From: an uncultured Desulfatitalea sp.
GTDB taxonomy: Bacteria > Desulfobacterota > Desulfobacteria > Desulfobacterales > Desulfosarcinaceae
Direction of reading: 5' to 3'
Assembly: GCA_963668675.2 (NCBI GenBank)
Contig: CAXXMB010000002.1
Span: 2,080,001 to 2,144,000 of the forward strand
DNA: 64,000 nucleotides
Shown piece by piece: positions 39,421 to 48,806 of the stretch; within the stretch, counting starts at the first letter, position 1; each line of letters starts with the position of its first letter. The notes beneath the pieces were generated by a model that saw only the letters and a program-made list of their open reading frames with translations, was not told where the DNA came from and searched no databases. The translations under genes were made by a program, and so were the position numbers.

Positions 39421-39600
39421 GGTGAGTCCAGTAGGTGGTCTGCACCTCGTCAGCATTGCATTTTAGTGCCGCTTAGCTGCTGTGGAGGATCAGCGGCCCG
39501 GACTGTTTGAGCGTAAGCGAGTTTCCGGGCCGCCCGGAACAGCAGCTTAGCGGCACTTGAATGCGTTTTCGTGAGGTGCAGACCACCTACTGGACTCACC
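39421..39600. repeat. 180-bp nested inverted repeat (MITE-like or structured RNA)
   Basis: Perfect 28-bp arms 39421-39448 and 39573-39600, two further inner stems, TACTAAG on both sides. Confidence 0.85.
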
Positions 39601-39641
39601 GGCTTTTAACCTCTACTAAGTTAAAACGTTCAACTTCTCTT

Positions 39642-41300
39642 CTATACCACCATCTCGATGGCGCCCAGCCGCTTGGTCAGCTTCAGGTTCTCTTCATAGT
39701 CTATCGGAATGACCACCAGGCTGGGGCCCTGCTCATCCAGGGCCTGTTCGAGCACCGCCTTCAGGTCGCTGCTGTTCCCGCAGCGGTGGGCATTCCATCC
39801 GAAAGCTCGGGCCAATTGAACAAAATCGGGATTGCCGAAACTCAGGTCGGTGTGGTGTCCGTAGTGGTTCTGCTGCTTCCAGGCGATCAGGCCGTAGGCG
39901 TGGTCCTCCCACACCTGCACCACGATGTTGCTGTCGAGGCGTCGGGCCGTCTCCATCTCTTGCACATTCATCAACAGGGCGCCGTCGCCGCACACCGCCA
40001 TTATCTTGCGCTCGGGATAGACCAGGGATGCCCCGATGGCACCGGGCAGGGCGAACCCCATCGAACAGAAGCCATTGGGGATCAGGCAGGTGTTGGGCTC
40101 ATGGCTGTGGTAGTAGCGCGCCACCCACATCTTATGGGCGCCCACGTCCGAGAGCAGCACATCGTCGGGTCCGAGCACGGCCCGCGTATCCCACAGCACC
40201 TTCTGGGGTTTGATCCTTTTATCGGCGATATCGTCGGCATACTCGTGCATTTCGGCCAGCATGGACTCCCTCGCCCTGCGGGTGTGGCTGTGATCGAAAT
40301 TGAGCGACGGGCGGGCGTCCTCGGCGGCCCGGGCATTGAGCATCCAGAGGGTGTGGGCCAGATCGCCCACGATCTCGGCATCGATGGGGTAGTTGGCGTC
40401 GATCTCGGCCGGGATAAAATCGATATGGACGATCTGATGGCAGCAAGCGGTGTTCCAGAGCCGGGGCGGATACTCGACCATGTCGTAGCCCAAAGTGATG
40501 ATCACATCGGACTGGTCCACGGCAATGGCGGTGTAATCCCGGTCCTGGAGGCCGATGGTGAAGCAGTACTGCTCCTGGTCCATGTCGACGGCCCCCTTGC
40601 CCATGAAGGTGCTCACGACCCCGATGCCGGTCTGCTCGACGAATCGACGCAGCTGGGTGCTGGCGCGCTTGCGGATCGCCCCGTTGCCGGCCAGGATGAT
40701 CGGGCGTCGGGCCGATGCGATCACCTCCCACGCCTTGTCCACGATCTTGTCGTCGGGAACCGGCCGGCGGTAGCGGCGCGGCTCGATGGGCTGGACATCG
40801 GTCTCCAGCTTGGCGATATCCTCGGGCAGCTCGATCAGGCAGGCCCCCGGCTTTTCAGTCCGCGCCAGGCGCACCGCCTTGCGTACCAGCTCGGGGATGG
40901 TGTCCGGATGCAGCACGGTCTGGGCGAACTTGGTGACCGGCCGGTACATGGCCACCACATCCATGATCTGGTGCGACTCCTTGTGGCGGCGGTGGGAGTC
41001 GCCCTGTCCGGTGATCACCAGCATGGGCGCGCGGTCCATGTTGGCGTCGGCCACACCGGTGATCAGGTTGGTGGCCCCCGGTCCCAGCGTGCTCAGGCAG
41101 ACGGCCGGATTGCCGGTCAGACGGCCGTATACCTCGGCCATGAAGGCCGCGCCCTGCTCGTGGCGGCACAGGATAAAGCGAATCTTCTGGGACTGCTCCA
41201 GCGACAGGAGAAAATCGGCGTTCTCTTCGCCCGGCACGCCGAAAACATATTCTATGCCTTCCGTCTCCAGGCACCGGATCAACAGGTCGGATGCTTTCAT
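39642..41300 (-). CDS. ThDP-dependent enzyme, acetolactate synthase large-subunit family (possible 2-oxoacid decarboxylase)
   Basis: FGVPGEEN, RHEQGAAF, TLGPGATN, SDVGAH, SMGFALP, GDG ThDP motif; no small regulatory subunit adjacent. Confidence 0.92.
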   Translation of the reverse strand: MKASDLLIRCLETEGIEYVFGVPGEENADFLLSLEQSQKIRFILCRHEQGAAFMAEVYGRLTGNPAVCLSTLGPGATNLITGVADANMDRAPMLVITGQGDSHRRHKESHQIMDVVAMYRPVTKFAQTVLHPDTIPELVRKAVRLARTEKPGACLIELPEDIAKLETDVQPIEPRRYRRPVPDDKIVDKAWEVIASARRPIILAGNGAIRKRASTQLRRFVEQTGIGVVSTFMGKGAVDMDQEQYCFTIGLQDRDYTAIAVDQSDVIITLGYDMVEYPPRLWNTACCHQIVHIDFIPAEIDANYPIDAEIVGDLAHTLWMLNARAAEDARPSLNFDHSHTRRARESMLAEMHEYADDIADKRIKPQKVLWDTRAVLGPDDVLLSDVGAHKMWVARYYHSHEPNTCLIPNGFCSMGFALPGAIGASLVYPERKIMAVCGDGALLMNVQEMETARRLDSNIVVQVWEDHAYGLIAWKQQNHYGHHTDLSFGNPDFVQLARAFGWNAHRCGNSSDLKAVLEQALDEQGPSLVVIPIDYEENLKLTKRLGAIEMVV

Positions 41301-41483
41301 GCGCTCTTCCTTTCCGAAAAGGCCTCGCAATCGGAGGCTGCATGGCTTTAACCATAAGACCTTCTGATCAGATGACAAATCGGCGTAACCGGTTGCGGCC
41401 AAACGGAAATCTAGTGTAAGAGTGATAAGGGTGTGACAAACGCAACGCTTCTGAGCCCAACCGAAGCAGCAAAGGACAACCCA

Positions 41484-42254
41484 ATGACTTCATTTCTACA
41501 AGGCATCGCCTATAATTTCAAGGGGCTGAAGTTTGGTTTGCGCAACGCCAAGCTGTTCCTGCTCGGGCTGGCTCGCCTGGTGATCATCATCGTCATTACC
41601 GTGGCCGCGGCGGCAATGGTCCTGGTCAATTATGAGCAGATCCTCAATCTGATGTGGCACCAGCCGGAAAGCGCCTGGATCGCATGGCTCTGGTATGTGG
41701 TCTCCTGGTTGCTGGCCCTGGTGCTCGTGGCGCTTTCGGCCCTGGTGGGGTTTCTGGTCGCCCAGCTGCTCTTCAGCGTCTTCATCATGGATGTGATGTC
41801 CCAGATCACCGAACGAAAAACCACAGGGCAGGTCCGATCATCCGGAAATAAGATGGGGTGGTTTGCCTATCTGTTCTACTTGTTGCGCCAGGAGATCCCG
41901 CGAGCCACGATTCCCGTGCTCGTCTCCCTGCTGCTGATGGTGCTGGGCTGGTTCACCCCCTTAGGGCCGGTGCTCACCATCATCTCACCGCTGGCCGCCG
42001 GGCTGTTCCTCGCCTGGGACAACACGGACCTGGTGCCGGCCCGCCGCCTCGAACCCTTTGGGCAGCGCTTCGGATTCCTGCGCCGCCACACGTTGTTTCA
42101 TCTCGGATTCGGGGTGCTGTTCCTGATCCCGTTGCTCAACATCGTGCTGTTGGCCTTCGCACCCGTGGGGGCCACTCTATACTACGTGGAGGAGATCGAT
42201 CCGAAAGCGACCGAGCAACCGCCGCAAGAACCGACCAAAAAGAACGAAGAATAA
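41484..42254 (+). CDS. EI24/CysZ-family membrane protein
   Basis: Helical-hairpin hydrophobic pattern, LGFG..LIPLLN..P..VGAT C-terminal motif. Confidence 0.75.
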   Translation: MTSFLQGIAYNFKGLKFGLRNAKLFLLGLARLVIIIVITVAAAAMVLVNYEQILNLMWHQPESAWIAWLWYVVSWLLALVLVALSALVGFLVAQLLFSVFIMDVMSQITERKTTGQVRSSGNKMGWFAYLFYLLRQEIPRATIPVLVSLLLMVLGWFTPLGPVLTIISPLAAGLFLAWDNTDLVPARRLEPFGQRFGFLRRHTLFHLGFGVLFLIPLLNIVLLAFAPVGATLYYVEEIDPKATEQPPQEPTKKNEE

Positions 42255-42268
42255 AGACCCCTTTGCTT

Positions 42269-43027
42269 ATGAAATCCCTATTTCAGATGATGTCGGTGTT
42301 TGCGCTGATCCCCCTCTATATGGGCTGCAGCCTCTTCAACAAAGCCCCCATGGACGTGCTGACCTATCACCATCCCAATGGCGTCCCCACCAACCGCCTG
42401 ATCGTATTCATGCGCGGCATGGGCGGCAACCATTACAGTTTCGAAAAAGAGGGCCTGGTTGATGATATCTGCAACCGCACCCCGGCCTTTGACATCGTCG
42501 CGCCCAACGCCCACTTCGGCTACTATTACGATCGCTCACTGATGAAGCGGATGAAGGAGGATGTCATCGATCCGGCTCACGCCCAAGGATACAACGAGAT
42601 CTGGCTGATCGGCTTCTCCATGGGCGGTCTGGGCGCCCTGCTTTATACGATCGACCATCCCGAGGACATCCAGGGCATCTACCTGGTCTCTCCCTTTCTC
42701 GGCTACCGCTCCATCCAAAGGGAGATCGACGAAGCCGGAGGTGTGCGCCAATGGGAGCCGGGCACCTTCGACCCCCACAAGAAGTGGCAGCGCATGCTGT
42801 GGCGCTGGCTGAAGCAAAACGTGGCCGAACATCCGACCAAACCGATCTACTTGGGATATGGCGAGAAAGACCCCGGAGTAAAGGGCCACAAACTGCTGGC
42901 CCAGGTCCTTCCCCCGGACCGTGTCTTCACCGTGCCGGGAGGACATACCTATGAAAGTTTCAAGGGGCTTTGGGATATGTTTCTCAATCACGGAGGATGT
43001 CAGCCGCCAGCCTCTGCCCAACCGTAA
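42269..43027 (+). CDS. Alpha/beta-hydrolase lipoprotein
   Basis: Lipobox YMGC, GFSMGG nucleophile elbow, GEKD, GGH. The ORF-track upstream extension is spurious. Confidence 0.85.
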   Translation: MKSLFQMMSVFALIPLYMGCSLFNKAPMDVLTYHHPNGVPTNRLIVFMRGMGGNHYSFEKEGLVDDICNRTPAFDIVAPNAHFGYYYDRSLMKRMKEDVIDPAHAQGYNEIWLIGFSMGGLGALLYTIDHPEDIQGIYLVSPFLGYRSIQREIDEAGGVRQWEPGTFDPHKKWQRMLWRWLKQNVAEHPTKPIYLGYGEKDPGVKGHKLLAQVLPPDRVFTVPGGHTYESFKGLWDMFLNHGGCQPPASAQP

Positions 43028-43219
43028 AACTGCGCTTCATCTAAAAAACGCCGCACGGAACTCCAATAGGGATCGGCTTTGCCCAACGAAAGATCGTTGT
43101 GTCCGGCCCATGGGCTCGAAATGCTTTCGCTCATTGGCGGCCGCAAAAAGGGTGCGGCCCATTTCAAAGGAGCACTCCGATGAAAGCCACGAAAGGCCAA
43201 TATTTTCGAACGAAGCGCA

Positions 43220-43912
43220 TCACGCGTGCGCACGCAGCATCTGCTGGATCGAGTGCAAAAGTGGCTGCAGACGCCCCTGATGCTCGGGGGGCACCATCAG
43301 CACCGGAATCGGGCGGTTACCTGCCAGGGTGTCGGCGGGAGACAGCTTCTCCATTCGCTCGCACATGCCGAAGTGTTCTGGATTGGAGAGAAAAAGCAAC
43401 ATGTCGGTCAGGTTGCCGGAGAGGCCATTGACGTCAATGGCCTCGATGAATTGCAGCACCAGGTTATTGGCGGCCAGCACCTCGTCGGGCATGTCGGCAT
43501 AACCTGTTTTGGCACAATCGATGCGCGACACCATGGCCCGGCAACCAAAAGGCCTCACCGCATAGATCGAGCAGAGGTCGTCGACCAGCAACGGACAACG
43601 CCCCACCTCCGGGTCGGCGGCCTCTTCGGGAAGCTCCTCATCCCGGGCGCAGAGGTCGGCCAGATGGTTGATGGTCATCCTGGGCTGAAACCGGGGACGG
43701 GCGGCAGCGTCCGAAAGGGCCTCTATTGGGGCTGTTACACCCTTTGCGATCCAATGGTTGTAAATCAGAACACCCTCCAATGAGCTCATGGTCACATTAG
43801 CGGTACAGCAGAGGGCGCACCCTTTGCGGCAGGCGGGTTGATACGCTTGGCCAAATTCTTCATAGAGTGCATAGAGCCTTTTGAGCAGATGCAGTCGGTT
43901 TGCTATTTCCAT
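43220..43912 (-). CDS. YkgJ-family cysteine cluster protein
   Basis: CRKGCALCC, CPLL..LCSIYAVRPFGCR. Confidence 0.85.
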   Translation of the reverse strand: MEIANRLHLLKRLYALYEEFGQAYQPACRKGCALCCTANVTMSSLEGVLIYNHWIAKGVTAPIEALSDAAARPRFQPRMTINHLADLCARDEELPEEAADPEVGRCPLLVDDLCSIYAVRPFGCRAMVSRIDCAKTGYADMPDEVLAANNLVLQFIEAIDVNGLSGNLTDMLLFLSNPEHFGMCERMEKLSPADTLAGNRPIPVLMVPPEHQGRLQPLLHSIQQMLRAHA

Positions 43913-44080
43913 GAGTTCTATTATCTTTCTTGACTGATGTTCATCTATCCGTACAATTGGGACGATATCCCGTCCGTGAACACACCGCAACCCCACAGTG
44001 CCGAAAAGGGAGGCCTCATGCCCACCAAACACCTCTTTGTCATCTGCCATGCCTGTTGCAGACAGGAGGGCCAATAATCA

Positions 44081-45853
44081 ATGGAAATCACTATTGTCAC
44101 CATCTTGCTGGTGGCCACCCTCTATCTGCTGATCAGTGAACGGATCCCCATCGACCTGACCGCCATCGGTATCATGGTGGCCCTGATGGTCAGCGGCATT
44201 CTGACACCCGTCCAGGCCGTTGCCGGCTTTGCCAATCCTGCGGTCATCACCGTGGGGGCCATGTTTTTAGTCAGCCAGGCCATGATCCGCACCGGCGTGG
44301 TCGGCTTCATCGGCCAGAAGGTGATGGATCTCACCCAGGGACGCGCCTGGCTCGCACTGCTGGTGGTACTGCTGATCGTGGCCGTTGCGTCGGCCTTTAT
44401 CAACAACACACCGGTGGTGGTGCTCTTCATCCCGGTGGTCATGAGCATGAGCTGCCGGCTTGGCTTCAGTCCGTCCAAATATCTGATCCCCATCTCTTAC
44501 GTATCGATCCTGGCCGGCACGTGCACCCTCATCGGCACCTCGACCAACATTATCGTCAGCGACCTCTCCGCCCAATATGGCTACGGCACGCTCTCCATGT
44601 TCGAACTGGCAAAGGTCGGGCTTCCACTGGCCATCATCGGGTTGGTGCTGATCATGCTCCTCGGGCCGCGCCTCATGCCCGACCAGGGCAATTCCACCTG
44701 CGAATTGGAGGATGAGCCCAAACGCCGTTACCTGGCCGAATTGAGCATTCCACGGGGCAGCGCCCTGGTGGGCCTGGATCCATGCACCGAACTGGCTGAA
44801 AAGTACCCGGAAATCGAAGTGCTGGAGCTGATCCGCTACTCCCACATCTTCCATCCCTGCCGCGACCGTGTCACCATCGCTCCGGACGATCTGCTGTTGG
44901 TAAAGGGTTCACCCAATGATTTGAACCACATTCTTCTGGGCAAGGATGTCGAGCTGCCGGCGGCGGAAAACGGTCTCAGCTTCAACGGGCCTGATGAAAC
45001 GCTGATGGTCGAACTGATCATTCCGCCCCAGTCCGAAATGCTCGGACAGCACCTGCGCGAAACCCGCCTGGCCCGCGACGAAGATTTGCACATCGTGGCC
45101 GTCGAACGCAGCGGTCTGCACTATACTGAAAAAAAAATAAAAGACATCCGGCTACGCATCGGGGACATTCTGCTGGTATGGTGCCGGGCCGACCGCGTAG
45201 ATAAATTCCGCGGCCGCAGCGATTGGATCGTGGTCGAAGACGTACACCATGAGATCGTTCACTCGCGCAAGGCGCCCCTGGCCAGCGCCATCTTCGCCGC
45301 CATGGTGGTGACGGCCGCCACCGGAATGGCCAACATCATGGTGTGTGCCCTCGCTGCCGTATTCCTCATGGTCCTGACCGGCAGCCTCCCTCTGAAAGAG
45401 GCCTACCGTGCCTTGCAAAGCAATATCCTCATGCTCATCGCCGGCACCATCGCCCTGGGCACCGCAATGGACCAGACCGGAACAAGCCAATACTACTCCG
45501 AACTGTTCCTCGGCGCCCTTCAAGGCTGGTCGCCCCAATTAATCCTGGGCGGATTCATCCTGTTGACCAGCATCAGCACCCAGGTGCTCAGCAACAACGC
45601 CACCGCGGTTCTGCTGCTGCCCATCGCCATCTCCACCGCAACGGGGCTGCAGGTAGACCCCAAGCCGTTCATCATGGCGGTCTGTTTCGGCGCCAGCGCC
45701 TGCTTTGCCACCCCCATCGGATACCAGACCAATCTTCTCGTGTACGGCCCCGGCGGCTACCGCTTCAGCGACTACCTGAAACTCGGAATCCCTCTCAATC
45801 TGTTGGTGATTTTCGGTGGGACGGTGTTAGTCCCCATTTTCTGGCCCTTTTAA
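44081..45853 (+). CDS. SLC13/DASS permease with TrkA-C domains
   Basis: SAFINNTP, CTLIGTSTN, two TrkA-C domains, SNNATA, TPIGYQTN, GGYRFSDY. Confidence 0.93.
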   Translation: MEITIVTILLVATLYLLISERIPIDLTAIGIMVALMVSGILTPVQAVAGFANPAVITVGAMFLVSQAMIRTGVVGFIGQKVMDLTQGRAWLALLVVLLIVAVASAFINNTPVVVLFIPVVMSMSCRLGFSPSKYLIPISYVSILAGTCTLIGTSTNIIVSDLSAQYGYGTLSMFELAKVGLPLAIIGLVLIMLLGPRLMPDQGNSTCELEDEPKRRYLAELSIPRGSALVGLDPCTELAEKYPEIEVLELIRYSHIFHPCRDRVTIAPDDLLLVKGSPNDLNHILLGKDVELPAAENGLSFNGPDETLMVELIIPPQSEMLGQHLRETRLARDEDLHIVAVERSGLHYTEKKIKDIRLRIGDILLVWCRADRVDKFRGRSDWIVVEDVHHEIVHSRKAPLASAIFAAMVVTAATGMANIMVCALAAVFLMVLTGSLPLKEAYRALQSNILMLIAGTIALGTAMDQTGTSQYYSELFLGALQGWSPQLILGGFILLTSISTQVLSNNATAVLLLPIAISTATGLQVDPKPFIMAVCFGASACFATPIGYQTNLLVYGPGGYRFSDYLKLGIPLNLLVIFGGTVLVPIFWPF

Positions 45854-46006
45854 TTGAGAACCGACGAGAGGCAGCCTTGTGTGGCATTCATAGCCTTTTG
45901 AGATCCGCGACGCCGGCGCCCCTGTGACCCAGTTTAAACACAAATTATATGGACATCCGAACAAAAATGTCTTAACTATGGCGGTTTTCGCTAAGGAGAA
46001 ATAATA

Positions 46007-47848
46007 ATGGCACTATCGCCTGTTCAAAACGATAAATTACGCAACGTGGCCATCATCGCCCACGTCGACCACGGAAAAACCACCCTTGTGGATGCCATGT
46101 TCCGGCAGAGCGGACTGATCCGCGACGGCCAGAACGTTAACGAACGCCTCATGGACAACATGGACCTGGAGCGCGAGCGTGGCATCACCATCGCCGCCAA
46201 GAACTGCGCCGTCATGTGGCAGGGTGTCAAGATCAACATCATCGATACCCCCGGCCATGCCGATTTCGGCGGAGAGGTCGAGCGCGCCCTCTCCATGGCC
46301 GACGGCGCATTGCTGCTGGTCGACGCCTCCGAAGGGCCCCTTCCCCAGACCCGCTTCGTCCTCGAAAAAACACTGGCCGCCGGTTTAAAAGTCATCGTCG
46401 TGATCAACAAGATCGATCGAAAGGATGCCCAACCCGACAAGGTGCTCGATCAGGTCTACGACCTCTTCATCGACCTGGACGCCACCGAAGCCCAGCTCGA
46501 TTTCCCATACCTTTACGCCATCGGACGCGACGGCATCGCCCAGGCTACCCCCGGGGCGCCTGGCAAAAACATCGACCCTTTGATGGAGCTGATCCTAAGC
46601 CAGGTTCCTCCCCCAACCTACACACCGGACGCCCCGTTTCAGATGCTGGTCTCCGACCTCGGATACTCCGACTACCTGGGCCGCCTTGCCGTAGGCAAAG
46701 TGGCCAATGGCCACGCCCGCATCAAGGATGCTCTGGTGTGCATCGGCGCCGACGGCCAGCAACGGCCCCTTAAGGTTGCCAGTTTGCAAACGTACCAGGG
46801 GCCGACGCTCACGGACGTAACAGAAGCCGACCCCGGGGACATCGTGGTGTTGGCCGGTATCGACGAAGTGCGTATTGGCGATACCATCTGCACCCGAAGC
46901 ACCTCTCAGGCGCTCAAACGCATCCGGGTGGACGAACCCACTGTGGGTATGCGCTTCACCATCAACACATCGCCTTTTGCCGGACGCGAAGGGCGTTACA
47001 GCCAGTCCCGTCATCTGCGCGAGCGGCTCTTCAAGGAGACCCTGAGAAACGTGGCCATCCAGGTCGAGGAGACCGAAAACCGCGATGTCTTCCTTGTGAA
47101 AGGCCGCGGTGAGTTCCAGATGGCGATTTTCATCGAAACCATGCGGCGTGAAGGCTTCGAGTTGGCGGTGGGTCGCCCGGAAGTGATCTTTAAAATACAA
47201 GATGGCGCACGCCTGGAACCGATGGAGCACCTCTTTGTGGACTGCGACGAAGGCTTTTTCGGCGTGGTCAGTGAAAAGCTGTCCGCCCGTAAGGCCAAGA
47301 TGGTCAACATGGTCAACCACGGCAGCGGCCGGGTGCGCATCGAATTTTCCATCCCCTCACGCGGCTTGATCGGCTACCGGGATGAGTTCCTCACCGATAC
47401 CAAGGGCACCGGCCTGCTCAACTCCTACTTTGGCGGATATGACAGCTACCGGGGCGATTTTCCAAGCCGCTACAATGGATCGATCGTCAGTGACCGGCAG
47501 GGTACGTCTGTAGCTTACGCCTTGTTCAACCTGGAACCCCGGGGCAATCTCTTTCTCCGGCCGGGCGAGCCGGTCTATGAAGGCCTTATCTTCGGCGAAC
47601 ACAACCGGGCCAACGACCTAAATGCAAATCCGTGCAAGGAGAAAAAGCTGACCAACATCCGCGCATCGGGCCGCGACGAGGCTGTCATCCTCAGCCCGGT
47701 CAAGCCCATGACGCTCGAACAAGCCATCCATTTCATCCGGGAAGACGAAATGGTAGAGGTGACACCCAAGTCCATCCGGTTGCGAAAAAGTATCCTTTCG
47801 GCCCAAGAGAGATATCGGCAGAGGCCGAGGGTGAAGGCTGAAGCGTAA
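46007..47848 (+). CDS. typA: Translational GTPase TypA/BipA
   Basis: AHVDHGKTT, ERGITI, DTPGHADF, NKID, GRGEFQ, EVTPKSIRLRK. Confidence 0.98.
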   Translation: MALSPVQNDKLRNVAIIAHVDHGKTTLVDAMFRQSGLIRDGQNVNERLMDNMDLERERGITIAAKNCAVMWQGVKINIIDTPGHADFGGEVERALSMADGALLLVDASEGPLPQTRFVLEKTLAAGLKVIVVINKIDRKDAQPDKVLDQVYDLFIDLDATEAQLDFPYLYAIGRDGIAQATPGAPGKNIDPLMELILSQVPPPTYTPDAPFQMLVSDLGYSDYLGRLAVGKVANGHARIKDALVCIGADGQQRPLKVASLQTYQGPTLTDVTEADPGDIVVLAGIDEVRIGDTICTRSTSQALKRIRVDEPTVGMRFTINTSPFAGREGRYSQSRHLRERLFKETLRNVAIQVEETENRDVFLVKGRGEFQMAIFIETMRREGFELAVGRPEVIFKIQDGARLEPMEHLFVDCDEGFFGVVSEKLSARKAKMVNMVNHGSGRVRIEFSIPSRGLIGYRDEFLTDTKGTGLLNSYFGGYDSYRGDFPSRYNGSIVSDRQGTSVAYALFNLEPRGNLFLRPGEPVYEGLIFGEHNRANDLNANPCKEKKLTNIRASGRDEAVILSPVKPMTLEQAIHFIREDEMVEVTPKSIRLRKSILSAQERYRQRPRVKAEA

Positions 47849-47871
47849 AGGCCGCGGAACGAAGGGGAAAG

Positions 47872-48765
47872 CTAGTACTTCTCTATTCGCAATAGAGCAT
47901 AATGACCGCGGGTGTCTTTGTTGATGTGAATCAGGGTGGCGGAATTGAATCGCTCCAGGAAGGTGGTGGCAGCGCAGGCGGCGGCGGAGTCGAAATAGCC
48001 CTTTTCCGATATGGCGTCAAAAGGGGTTGCATCGGGTAGTGCGCGGCCGATGGTCGCCTTCTCTTCGGGCGTCATTAAAATCCCGTGGGCGACCTTCACC
48101 GGCCGGTCAAACGATTCTTTTTTCAACCAGGCAACGGCTCTCCCAATCTCTGCAAACGATGCAACCGCACTGACGCGACCCAGCGCACCTTCGGCCCGCT
48201 GCCGAATCAGCAGCCAGCAGCTTCCCTCCACCATGGTGTAATCCTCGTAGTTCCGGTCGAATTTGGCCTCAAACTGCTCCTTGGAAAAACTCGCTTCATC
48301 GACCCCGCCGATCAGGGCCTCCTCGACAGCGCCCATCTCCATATCGCAACTCGTCAGTTCCAGGCCGCGTTCGAAGGAGAGCAGTTTACTGGAAAAAGTG
48401 ACGTTGCGCCCTAAAAGTTCAAGGCTCTGGGCCACATAAAAAGAGGCGGTGTTGCTCATCGTGTTGATGAAATTATAGGGCATGGGGAACTGGTGCATGT
48501 GAAAAATCTGGTGCAGTACCGTCTCGGTATCGCCCAGGTTGCCGTTCTCGGTGGTCAGATAGACAGCGGTCTTCTTCCCGATGCCCTGTTCATGGGCGCA
48601 CCGGCATGCGCCGGCCAGGGAGAGCAGCACGAAACGGTTGGCTCGCCGAAAATGGAGCCGTGTATACCGGCTGACATCCTCTTTGTAGTACTTCATCTCC
48701 TCAACCGGGTGGCCGACGAAGCTTCCGTAGTTGTGAATGTGCATGTTGGGGTAGCCCGTTGTCAT
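47872..48765 (-). CDS. Ketosynthase chain-length-factor-like protein (no catalytic Cys motif)
   Basis: RRANRF, PYNFINTMSN, IGGVDE KS-N-like motifs; follows the KS gene. Start 48765 or 48744. Confidence 0.7.
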   Translation of the reverse strand: MTTGYPNMHIHNYGSFVGHPVEEMKYYKEDVSRYTRLHFRRANRFVLLSLAGACRCAHEQGIGKKTAVYLTTENGNLGDTETVLHQIFHMHQFPMPYNFINTMSNTASFYVAQSLELLGRNVTFSSKLLSFERGLELTSCDMEMGAVEEALIGGVDEASFSKEQFEAKFDRNYEDYTMVEGSCWLLIRQRAEGALGRVSAVASFAEIGRAVAWLKKESFDRPVKVAHGILMTPEEKATIGRALPDATPFDAISEKGYFDSAAACAATTFLERFNSATLIHINKDTRGHYALLRIEKY

Positions 48766-48806
48766 TTGAATTTAGTCCGGTCGTCCCGTTGCAGTTCCGG
48801 GCCGGT

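Noticed and set aside
39561..41351. 596-aa plus-strand ORF and other long antisense ORFs (e.g. 22795-23949, 5011-6129, 20681-21808)
   Set aside because: Shadow frames of well-supported genes caused by high GC3; no motifs or RBS.
43030..43219. Cluster of short hairpins with CCGATGA...CGAAA resembling a hammerhead core
   Set aside because: The core is not CUGANGA and the required stems cannot be formed.
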